The notes beneath the pieces were generated by a model. It worked only from the letters and a program-made list of their open reading frames with translations. It ran no database searches and was not told the DNA's origin. Positions 54,761 to 63,201 of a stretch of DNA of 64,000 bases are shown piece after piece; the first letter of the stretch is position 1, and each line of letters starts with the position of its first letter. The position numbers and the translations under genes were made by a program. This DNA is from Gemmatimonadales bacterium (GTDB lineage Bacteria; Gemmatimonadota; Gemmatimonadetes; Gemmatimonadales; GWC2-71-9), in the NCBI GenBank assembly GCA_046160105.1, contig JBJXGT010000010.1, forward strand, positions 42,776-106,775, written 5' to 3'.

Positions 54761-56320
54761 ATGCGGCTGCTCCGGCGACACATGCTTCGGTCGGTGGCGA
54801 CTCCGTTCGCCTTCTCGCTGACCGCCTGCACCGGGCTGATGATGATCAACACCCTGGCCAAGCGGTTCGGGGACCTGGTCGGCAAGGATTTGCCGACCGG
54901 GGTGATCGTCGAGGTGCTGGTGCTGAGCATCCCCTTCATCATCGCGCTGACCTTGCCGATGGCGGTGCTGGTGGCCGTGCTCTACGGCTTCAGCACCATG
55001 GGCAGCGACAACGAGATCACCGCGATGCGGGCCAACGGCATCAGCGTGCTCCAGATGCTCCGTCCGACGATGGTCGCCGGGGTGGTGGTGATGGCGCTCA
55101 ACTTCCTGTTCATCGATCAGGTGCTGCCTCGCAGCAACGCCCGGCTCAAGAATCTCCAGACCGGCATCGGGGTGAAGAAGCCGGCGTTTCAGATGCGGGA
55201 GCAGGCGATCAACAACCTGCCGCCCTATTTCATTCGGGCCGCCCGGGTCTATCCCGGCTCCGGGCGGCTCCAGGAGGTCGAGATTTTCGACCTGAGCCTG
55301 GTCGACGGGCGCCGGGTGATCTACGCCGACAGCGGCACGATGGCGTTCGACGCCAACCAGACCGACCTGATCCTGACGCTGTTCGTCGGCCGGGTCCACG
55401 AGTACAAGACGCTCGAGCCGGGCAAGTTTCAGGTCACCGCGTTCACCACCAACACCATCCGGGTCAAGCACGTCCAGAATCTGTTCGAGCGCGATTCGAC
55501 CAACTTCGACCGCGGCGATCGGGAGATGACCACCTGCGAGATGATGGACCAGGTGGCCGCCTTTCAGCGGACCGGCGAACGGGCTCGGGCGGTCCGGACC
55601 GACTACGTCCGCCGGGACCTCCGCACCATGATGCGGCTCTACCAGAGCGCCGCGCCGGTCCCGGTGGCGGACACGACGGCGCCGAAGAAGCACTGCGGCC
55701 AGTGGCGGGTCCTCGAGAGAGCGATCGGGAAGGTGCTGCTCCCCGAGGTGGTCGAGGCGCAGGAACCGGCGCCCCCTCCGCTGCCGCAGCCCCAGCGACC
55801 GCCCTCCCAGGCGCCGGCGACGCCGGTGTTCGAGACACCGGTGATCAGCGACACCACGCCGGGTCTCGCCACCACCTCCGACTACCCGACGACGCTGACC
55901 ACTCTCGCGGAGGTCACCGGGGCGCAACAGGACGAGCGTTACGGCACCAGCCAGGCCCACCGCTACTCGGTCGAGATTCACAAGAAGTACACCATCAGCG
56001 TGGCCTGCTTCTCGTTCGTCCTGATCGGAGTGGCCCTGGCCCTGCGGTTCCCCCGGGGAGGAATGGGGCTCGTCATCGGGGGCGGGTTGCTCATCTTCGC
56101 GATCTTCTACATCAGCATGGTGGGCGGCGAGTCGCTGGCCGACCGGGGGCTGGTCTCGCCGCCACTGGCGATGTGGTTCCCCAATATCCTGGTCCTGGGG
56201 GCCGGCCTGATCGGGTTGTTCCGGGTCAACCGTGAGTTCGGCTCGACCCGCGGCGGCGATCTCTCCGACCTGATCGACGGCCTCGTCCGGGTGTTCCGGC
56301 GGGCTCCGAAGGAAGCCTGA
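54761..56320 (+). CDS. lptF: LptF/LptG-family LPS export permease (LptF-like) with a large periplasmic insertion
   Basis: MRLLRRHMLRSVATPFAFSLTACTGLMMI (YjgP/YjgQ N-terminus). C-terminal TM triad. 519 aa, versus about 360-400 aa typical for the family. Confidence 0.8.
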   Translation: MRLLRRHMLRSVATPFAFSLTACTGLMMINTLAKRFGDLVGKDLPTGVIVEVLVLSIPFIIALTLPMAVLVAVLYGFSTMGSDNEITAMRANGISVLQMLRPTMVAGVVVMALNFLFIDQVLPRSNARLKNLQTGIGVKKPAFQMREQAINNLPPYFIRAARVYPGSGRLQEVEIFDLSLVDGRRVIYADSGTMAFDANQTDLILTLFVGRVHEYKTLEPGKFQVTAFTTNTIRVKHVQNLFERDSTNFDRGDREMTTCEMMDQVAAFQRTGERARAVRTDYVRRDLRTMMRLYQSAAPVPVADTTAPKKHCGQWRVLERAIGKVLLPEVVEAQEPAPPPLPQPQRPPSQAPATPVFETPVISDTTPGLATTSDYPTTLTTLAEVTGAQQDERYGTSQAHRYSVEIHKKYTISVACFSFVLIGVALALRFPRGGMGLVIGGGLLIFAIFYISMVGGESLADRGLVSPPLAMWFPNILVLGAGLIGLFRVNREFGSTRGGDLSDLIDGLVRVFRRAPKEA

Positions 56321-56322
56321 CC

Positions 56323-57411
56323 GTGGGCATGGTTCGGTTGCTCTCCAAGTACGTGCTCTGGCAGTGGCTCCGGATCTTCGTGCTGGCGGCGGTCGGGTTG
56401 CCGCTGGTCTCGGTGCTGATCAATACCACCGACCGACTGAATCGGCTGCTCGACCGGGATCTCTCGGGCGCTACCATCGCGTTGGCGGGGCTCTACGGCC
56501 TCCCCGGACACATGGCGCAGATGATCCCGGCGGCGGCCCTTTTCGCCACCGTCTTCACCATCGGACCCCTGGCTCGAAACTCCGAGATCACGGCGGCCAA
56601 GGCGGGAGGGGTGAGTTTCCACCGGTTGACGCTGCCGGTGCTGTTCGCCAGCACCCTGGCCGCGGTCTTTTGCTTCTGGATCGGTGAGGTGGCCACCCGG
56701 ACCACGGCTCGCCAGCTCGAGCTCGAGAAGGAGCGGATCGCCCGGAACCAGACCACCCGCCACGAGTTCGTCTACATCGCCGACGACGGCTGGACCTACT
56801 CGGTGCGGTACCTCAACACCGAGACCCGGATGATGCACGGGGTGGTGCTGGAGCATGCCGGGCGTCGGGCCGGCTACGCCAATCTCGCCATCTCGGCCGA
56901 CAGCGCCCGGTGGAACGACACCACCAGTCGGTGGCGGCTGATGGGCGGCTCGTCGCACATCCTGGCCGACACCACGGTGCCGAAAACGATGCGGTTCGCC
57001 TCGCTCGAGCTCAAGTCGTTCGACGAGCCGCCCCGATCCCTGTTGATCGAGCCGAAGCGCCCGGAGGAGATGGCCTACGCCGAGCTCGGTGAATACATCC
57101 AAACGCTCCGCCGCTCGGGGAACGACACCAGGAAGCTCGAGGTCGACCAGGCCATCAAGCTCGCCCTCCCGGCGGCGTGCTTGGTGATCGCCTTGTTCGG
57201 CGCCCCGTTGGCGATGACCAACCCGAGAGCGGGCACCGCGTGGGGCATCGCGATCAGCCTGGGGACGACCGTGTTCTACCTGTTGCTGATCAACCTGATG
57301 AAGGCGGTGGGGGCGACGGGGGTGATCAATCCGGCGGGTGCCGCGGCGTGGGTGCCGAATGGGATCTTCTTGGTGATGGGCTTGTGGCTGATGGTGCGGG
57401 TGAGGACGTAG
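56323..57411 (+). CDS. lptG: LptF/LptG-family LPS export permease (LptG-like)
   Basis: LLSKYVLWQWLRIFVLAAVGLPLVSVLI. GTG at 56323 with GAAGGAAG 7 nt upstream. An ATG at 56329 is an alternative start. Confidence 0.8.
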   Translation: MGMVRLLSKYVLWQWLRIFVLAAVGLPLVSVLINTTDRLNRLLDRDLSGATIALAGLYGLPGHMAQMIPAAALFATVFTIGPLARNSEITAAKAGGVSFHRLTLPVLFASTLAAVFCFWIGEVATRTTARQLELEKERIARNQTTRHEFVYIADDGWTYSVRYLNTETRMMHGVVLEHAGRRAGYANLAISADSARWNDTTSRWRLMGGSSHILADTTVPKTMRFASLELKSFDEPPRSLLIEPKRPEEMAYAELGEYIQTLRRSGNDTRKLEVDQAIKLALPAACLVIALFGAPLAMTNPRAGTAWGIAISLGTTVFYLLLINLMKAVGATGVINPAGAAAWVPNGIFLVMGLWLMVRVRT

Positions 57412-57416
57412 GGGTC

Positions 57417-57479
57417 AGGACTCAGGACTCAGGACTCAAGACTCAGGACGCAAGACTCAGGACGCAAGACTCAGGATCA
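57417..57479. repeat. tandem heptamer array D, (AGGACTC)n, 9 units
   Basis: aggactc x3, aagactc, aggacgc, aagactc, aggacgc, aagactc, aggatca. Starts 6 nt after the lptG stop. Confidence 0.95.
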
Positions 57480-57488
57480 GCAAAGAGA

Positions 57489-57521
57489 ACGGCCGGGTTC
57501 CGAAATCCGAAACCCGGCCGT
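57489..57521. terminator. central hairpin between convergent genes (bidirectional terminator candidate)
   Basis: ACGGCCGGGTT-ccgaaatccga-AACCCGGCCGT, an 11 bp perfect stem flanked by arrays D and E. Confidence 0.6.
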
Positions 57522-57530
57522 CACTTTCTT

Positions 57531-57558
57531 GAGTCCTGAGTCCTGAGTCTTGAGTCCT
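57531..57558. repeat. tandem heptamer array E, (GAGTCCT)n, 4 units; inverted relative to array D
   Basis: gagtcct gagtcct gagtctt gagtcct. The last unit overlaps the TAG stop of the TonB-dependent receptor gene. Confidence 0.95.
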
Positions 57559-60500
57559 AAAAAACGTACTTCGCGCCCAACTGCACCCGCCAGCGGGACC
57601 CGAAGGTCTGGACCGGTCGGATCCGGGGCAGAATGATGTTGCTACCTGACTTGGGCAGGTCGTAGAGCCCGCGGTCATCGGCGGTGGTCCCGGTCGTGCC
57701 CCGGTTGTCGGTGCCAGCGACCCGCAGGAAATTGAGCTCCTCGAAGGCGCTGGTCTCCCGCTGCAAGCCCCAATCCGCGTCGAGCATGTTGAGGAAGTTG
57801 AAGATGTCCGCGCCCACCTGCATCCGATTGCCACCCGGGACGTTGATGAACTTGGAGAGCCGAACGTCGACGAAGCTGATCCATGGATTCCGGCAGCTGT
57901 TGCGCCGCATGACCTGGCCGCGCTGGGACCGGAGGCAGTCCTGCCCGGCGATGAACTGATCGAGGACGGCGTAATCGGCCGCGGCGACCAGGCTGATGTC
58001 GGTGGGATCCTTGGGCACGTACAGCAGGTCGTTGCCGACGATGCCATCACCATTGGCGTCGCCGTTGTAGGTGTAGGCGAACGGCAAGCCCGACTGACCG
58101 CGGTAAATCATCGAGCCCGCGAGACCGAACGGAAGGTTGACCGTCCCGGAGAGAATGATCTTGTGGCGAGTCTCGAACCCGGAAGTCGCCAGATTGCGGT
58201 TGGCCAGGGTGCCGTCGAGTGAGGTGAAGTTCAGGTTCGAGGTCGCGATGCTCGACGTCAGCGAGAAGAGGTCCTCGCTCTTCTGCCAGGTATACGCGGC
58301 GTTGAATTCGACCCCATCAGAGAAACGCTTCTGGAGCTGCCCGGTGACCAGCCACGACCGGTCCTTGGATCGGTTCTCGTGGGTCACCACGGTCGCGAAG
58401 GCCGCCCTGGCCGGGGCGGGATCGGCGATGTACAACATCCGCCCTTCGGCGTTCGCGTTCGTCTCGATTCTCTTGATGTTGTTGACGTACATCGTGTGGC
58501 GATTTCGGGTATGGATCACGTCCAGGGTACCGACGATTCCGCTCCCGAACTGATGATCGATCCCGAAGGCATACCGGAGGGACTGCTGCGCCTTGAAGTC
58601 CGGATCGAAGACGTTGATCGTCTGCGCCGGCGGCGTTCCGGGCGGCGTGTTGAGACAGGTCCGGGGCAGGTTGCCGACATCGAGCGTGAAGGTCGGCACC
58701 AAGTTGCCGGTGCAGACTAAGGTGAACTGCTCTTGCCCGGTGTTGGTGAAGGCATTCGACAACCAGACGTACGGCGGCCGACCCGCGAAGATCCCTACCC
58801 CGCCCCGGAGGATCGTTTCTCCCGATCCCCAAACGTCCCAGTTGAACCCGAACCGGGGGGCGATCGCCAGGTTGCCCGAGGGGAAGTCATCGGTTCGCAA
58901 CCCCGGGAACGCCGCAGTGAAAGCCGCGTTTGCCACCGGCGCGTCATGGAGCGGAACATCGACCCGCACCCCGAAGGTCAGCGCGACGCGATCGGACAGG
59001 TTCCATCGATCCTGGAGGTACCCGCCGAGCTGCTTGACCCCCCAATCGGCGATCGGACCTTCCGGTCGCGCCGCGGTCCCGAACGAGAGCTCGTACCGAT
59101 TCGGGGTCCCGGCGTCGAGCGCATCCGCGCTCGCGAACGTCCAGACGCCCAGCGAACCCGGGAAGAAGACGTTCCGGAAGCTGAAGAACTCGTTGTGGGT
59201 GCCGACGGTGAACTGATGGTTGCCGACGCCGAAGGTGAAGTTGTCGGTGATCTCGAGGATGTTCTGATCGAGGGAGTTGGCATGGGAGAACTTCTCCGCC
59301 CCCGCCGCGATATAGTTGCCGGCCACGTCGCCCTGGATCAGCAGCAAGGGGACCCGATTCGGGACCGCCCGCTGATCGCGAACCGTCTGGTAGCTGACCA
59401 GGAACTCGTTCGACGAGGAACCGAGGGTGCTGGTCAGCTTGAGGCGGGTGCTGTTGGTCTTCGATTCGAACCGATACCCGCTGTTCGACAACTGCCAGCC
59501 GTCGCGGTCGGTCCGGGTCCGGCTGGTCCGCCCGAAGTTGTCGTCGCCGGCATTGACGTAGTTGTGCGACAGCTCGGCGAAGTGGTTGTTGGACAACTGG
59601 TACGTCAGCTTACCGAAGAAGTTGTTGTCGGGCCGCTCGATGACGGGCGACTCGGACCCGCCCGGGTCGAAGCCGTACTTGCTGCGAATGATGCCGGCCA
59701 CCCGCTCGGCCGTCGACGTCGTGATCCCGGTGGCCGGAATGGTGCTCTCGTTCCCGGTGAACGGCTGGTTCCGATCCTGGATGTCGCCGGTCACGAAGAA
59801 GTGCATCCGATTCTTGATGATCGGGCCACCCAACGAAAACCCAAACGCCTTCACCTGGAAGTTGGCCAGTCGGGTGCCGGCGGTGTCGAGACCGACCAGG
59901 TCCTGTCGCTGGAACGATCCGAAGACCGACCCGGACAGCTTGTTGGTCCCCGACTTGGTCACCGCGTTGACCAACCCACCGGAGAAGTTGCCTTGGCGGA
60001 CGTCGAACGGCGCCGTCAGCACCTGGAACTCCTGAAGGGCCTCGAGGGAGATCGGCTTGGCGCCCGCCTGCCCGCCCGGAGTACCGCTCGCCGCAAGCCC
60101 GAAGACGTCGTTGTTGATGCCGCCGTCGATCTGGATGTTGTTGAATCGGTTGTTCTGACCCGCGATGGTGATCCCACCCCCCGAAGTGGTCGCGACCTGG
60201 GGATTGATGTTGAGCAGCGAGGTGAAGTTGCGCCCCAGCAGCGGGAGCCGCCCCATCGTGGTATCGGAGAGGATCTGCGCGGCACCGGTCCGACCGGTGT
60301 TGATCAAGGGGTTGGTGCTGGCGATCACCGAGATCTCTTCGAGCGTCACGACCTGCGCCTTGAGCTCGAAATCGGAGGTGTAGCGCTGGCCCAACGTCAG
60401 GGTCACCCCCGACTTCGTTGCCCGCTCGAAGCCGATCGCCCGGACCTCGATGGTGTAAGGACCCCCGGGCGGCACGTTCTCGAGGTTGTACCGGCCGTTG

Positions 60501-60706
60501 GTCCGGGTGCTGGTGGTCTGGCGAACTCCAGTCGCCGAGTTGGTGAGCCAGACGATGGCCGCCTCCACCGGAGTGCCGCCTTCGCGGGTAACGATCCCCT
60601 GGACCGCCGCGCTGGTGACGCCCTGGGCCGGGGCCCCGTTGGGCGCCAACACGCTAAATGCCATGGCCGCAACGAGATAGGATGAGTATCTAGAGTGGTG
60701 CCGCAT
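57557..60706 (-). CDS. TonB-dependent outer-membrane receptor with an N-terminal carboxypeptidase-regulatory-like domain
   Basis: Signal peptide. GIVTREGGTPVEAAIVWLTNSATGVRQTTSTRTNGRYNLENVPPGGPYTIEVRAIGF. Plug domain. C-terminal ...RWRVQLGAKYVF. Confidence 0.9.
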   Translation of the reverse strand: MRHHSRYSSYLVAAMAFSVLAPNGAPAQGVTSAAVQGIVTREGGTPVEAAIVWLTNSATGVRQTTSTRTNGRYNLENVPPGGPYTIEVRAIGFERATKSGVTLTLGQRYTSDFELKAQVVTLEEISVIASTNPLINTGRTGAAQILSDTTMGRLPLLGRNFTSLLNINPQVATTSGGGITIAGQNNRFNNIQIDGGINNDVFGLAASGTPGGQAGAKPISLEALQEFQVLTAPFDVRQGNFSGGLVNAVTKSGTNKLSGSVFGSFQRQDLVGLDTAGTRLANFQVKAFGFSLGGPIIKNRMHFFVTGDIQDRNQPFTGNESTIPATGITTSTAERVAGIIRSKYGFDPGGSESPVIERPDNNFFGKLTYQLSNNHFAELSHNYVNAGDDNFGRTSRTRTDRDGWQLSNSGYRFESKTNSTRLKLTSTLGSSSNEFLVSYQTVRDQRAVPNRVPLLLIQGDVAGNYIAAGAEKFSHANSLDQNILEITDNFTFGVGNHQFTVGTHNEFFSFRNVFFPGSLGVWTFASADALDAGTPNRYELSFGTAARPEGPIADWGVKQLGGYLQDRWNLSDRVALTFGVRVDVPLHDAPVANAAFTAAFPGLRTDDFPSGNLAIAPRFGFNWDVWGSGETILRGGVGIFAGRPPYVWLSNAFTNTGQEQFTLVCTGNLVPTFTLDVGNLPRTCLNTPPGTPPAQTINVFDPDFKAQQSLRYAFGIDHQFGSGIVGTLDVIHTRNRHTMYVNNIKRIETNANAEGRMLYIADPAPARAAFATVVTHENRSKDRSWLVTGQLQKRFSDGVEFNAAYTWQKSEDLFSLTSSIATSNLNFTSLDGTLANRNLATSGFETRHKIILSGTVNLPFGLAGSMIYRGQSGLPFAYTYNGDANGDGIVGNDLLYVPKDPTDISLVAAADYAVLDQFIAGQDCLRSQRGQVMRRNSCRNPWISFVDVRLSKFINVPGGNRMQVGADIFNFLNMLDADWGLQRETSAFEELNFLRVAGTDNRGTTGTTADDRGLYDLPKSGSNIILPRIRPVQTFGSRWRVQLGAKYVF

Positions 60707-60810
60707 CAGCTGCTCCGAAGAGAGATTCCGGTAGTGGTGAAGCGAAGGTCAAAACATATGGTTGGGCCTAGCCCGGTCAAGCAGGACCAGTATCGAACCC
60801 GGAACGAACC

Positions 60811-62163
60811 TCAACCAGCCCGGCGGCGCCCGATGGTCAGATAATACAGCGGTAACCCCGCGAGCAGGATCCCAAAGGTCACTCCGGTATTGACCGGATC
60901 GGTAATCAGGGCGTTGATGACCATCCCGACCGCCGCCAGCAGGAACACGATGGGCACCACCGGATACCCGATGGTCCGATAGGGCCGGACCGCGTCCGGC
61001 GCCTTCCGGCGAAGCACGAAAACTCCCAGAATGGCCATGATGTAGAACGGCCAGATCCCCAGCACGAACCGATCGGCCAATTGCTGGAAGTCGTTGAACA
61101 GGACGTAGCCGCACCCCAACGCCGCCGCCAACCAGATCGCCACCGAGGGAGTCTGGAACTTGGGACTGACCCGGGCGACCCCTTTGAAGAAAAGCCCCCG
61201 ATCAGCCATCGCGAAGAAGATCCGCGGGTTAGTGAGCATCGACCCGTTCAAGGTCCCGAAGCAGGAGATCATCACGATCGCCGAGACCACGGCCGCCCCG
61301 GCGCCCCCGAGGAGCGGAATCCGCTCGGCCGCGGTCGCCGCGATCAGCCGCTGGCCGGCCATCTCGGGCACCGGGACGAGGTAGATGTAGGCCGCGTTGA
61401 GGAGGAGATAGATGAAGATGATGAGAATGGTGCCGATGATCAGGGCGAGCGGGAAGTTCTTCCCGGGGTTCTTGATCTCCCCACCGATGAACGAGAGATC
61501 GGCCCACCCGTCGTAGGCCCACATGATCGAGACCAGCGCCGAGGCCACCATCGAGATGCTGAAGGCGGTCCGGCCGCTGTCGGTGAAGTTCCCCCAGCTC
61601 CCCTCCCCCACCGCGAACGCCAGCAGCACCAGACCCACCATGCCCGCGTACTTGGCGATGGTCGCGACGCCCATGACCCGGGCCGCGTATTTGACCCCGA
61701 GGTAGTTGATCAGGGCCACCACCAGAATGGTGGCCGCCGCCGCCAGATTGACCCCGCCCAGCTCCCACCCGAGGACCGGCACCGTGAACCGGCCGCCCAA
61801 TGGCACGAAGTAGCCGAGATACTCCGCGAAGATGGTCGAGATCCCGCCTAACGCGGACGCCCGGATCACCGAGAGCTGCGACCACCCGAACAGAAACGCG
61901 GGGACCGGCCCGAAGGCCTCCTCGAGGTAGGCGAAGATCCCCCCCGATCGGGGCGACATCGCCGCCAGCTCGGCCAGGGTGAGGGCGCCGAACAGGGCCA
62001 GGGCCCCGCCGAGGACCCAGGCCAGCATCATCGGCCCCGGCTCGCCGAGCCGGCCCGCCACGGTCGCCGGGACCCGGAAGATGCCCGACCCGATGGTGGT
62101 CCCCACGATCACGGCGATGGCGGAGAACAGGCCTACCGTTCGAGGAAGTCGTTCCGATTGCAT
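60811..62163 (-). CDS. APC-family amino acid permease
   Basis: MQSERLPRTVGLFSAIAVIVGTTIGSGIFRVP and about 12 TM helices. ATG at 62163. Confidence 0.88.
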   Translation of the reverse strand: MQSERLPRTVGLFSAIAVIVGTTIGSGIFRVPATVAGRLGEPGPMMLAWVLGGALALFGALTLAELAAMSPRSGGIFAYLEEAFGPVPAFLFGWSQLSVIRASALGGISTIFAEYLGYFVPLGGRFTVPVLGWELGGVNLAAAATILVVALINYLGVKYAARVMGVATIAKYAGMVGLVLLAFAVGEGSWGNFTDSGRTAFSISMVASALVSIMWAYDGWADLSFIGGEIKNPGKNFPLALIIGTILIIFIYLLLNAAYIYLVPVPEMAGQRLIAATAAERIPLLGGAGAAVVSAIVMISCFGTLNGSMLTNPRIFFAMADRGLFFKGVARVSPKFQTPSVAIWLAAALGCGYVLFNDFQQLADRFVLGIWPFYIMAILGVFVLRRKAPDAVRPYRTIGYPVVPIVFLLAAVGMVINALITDPVNTGVTFGILLAGLPLYYLTIGRRRAG

Positions 62164-62261
62164 CACGGGACCTTCGCGTGGGGGAAACCGATGCCGGCCT
62201 GGACCCGCTGGAGTATATTTCCCGCCGTCGTCCAACACTACCCTACGGAACGCCCCCACTG

Positions 62262-63200
62262 ATGGCTTCGATCCTCCGCGATCTCGTGACCCTGACCAAG
62301 CCGAGGATCATCTCGCTGCTGTTGCTGACGACCATCGCCCCGATGTTCATCACCGACCAGGGCCTGCCTTCGTTGGCCCTGATCGGCTGGGTGTCGTTGG
62401 CCGGGTACCTCATGGCGGGCGGCGCCAACGCCGTCAACATGTGGTTCGACCGCGACATCGACGTGAACATGGCTCGGACCCGGACCCGGCCGATTCCCTC
62501 GGGGCGAATCTCGCCGGCGGCGGGCTTGGTCTTCGGCCTGGGTCTCGGCGCCGCGGCCTTCGCCATCTTCTGGTTCTTCGTCAATCCACTCTCGGCCTGG
62601 CTCGCCTTGGGCGGGTTCGCGTTCTACGTGCTCGTCTACACCGCCTGGCTCAAGCGGACCACCCCGCAGAACATCGTCATCGGAGGGGCGGCGGGCGCGT
62701 TCCCGCCGTTGGTGGGTTGGGCCGCGATGACCAACTCGATAGAGTTGGGGGCGATCTACCTGTTCGCCATCATCTTCTACTGGACGCCCCCCCACTTCTG
62801 GGCCTTGGCGCTGGTCAAGCAACAGGACTACGCCAAGGTCGGCGTCCCGATGATGCCGCTGGTCAAGGGCGATCACCAGACCAAGGTCCAGATGCTCGGC
62901 TACACCCTGCTCCTCTTCCCGCTCACTCTCCTGCCGGCGCTGTCCGGACATCAGGGGCTGTTCTACGGGGTGGCGGCGTTCCTGCTCGGCGGGCGGCTGG
63001 TCTGGTTCTGCCTGAAGTTGCTGACGGAAGACGGGGTGACCCCGACCGCCTGGCGGATGTACCGCTACTCACTGCTCTACCTGGCCCTCCTCTTCGTCGC
63101 GATGGGCGTCGACCGGGCCCTGCCCTTCGGACACCGGACGCCCGAGGCCGCCAAGCTGGAATTGGTGAAGGACGCCGCCGCCGAGCAGCACGGCCACTAG
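62262..63200 (+). CDS. cyoE: protoheme IX farnesyltransferase (heme O synthase)
   Basis: LTKPRIISLLLLTT...GGANAVNMWFDRDIDVNMARTRTRPIPSGRI...FYWTPPHFWALAL. Confidence 0.93.
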   Translation: MASILRDLVTLTKPRIISLLLLTTIAPMFITDQGLPSLALIGWVSLAGYLMAGGANAVNMWFDRDIDVNMARTRTRPIPSGRISPAAGLVFGLGLGAAAFAIFWFFVNPLSAWLALGGFAFYVLVYTAWLKRTTPQNIVIGGAAGAFPPLVGWAAMTNSIELGAIYLFAIIFYWTPPHFWALALVKQQDYAKVGVPMMPLVKGDHQTKVQMLGYTLLLFPLTLLPALSGHQGLFYGVAAFLLGGRLVWFCLKLLTEDGVTPTAWRMYRYSLLYLALLFVAMGVDRALPFGHRTPEAAKLELVKDAAAEQHGH

Positions 63201-63201
63201 G

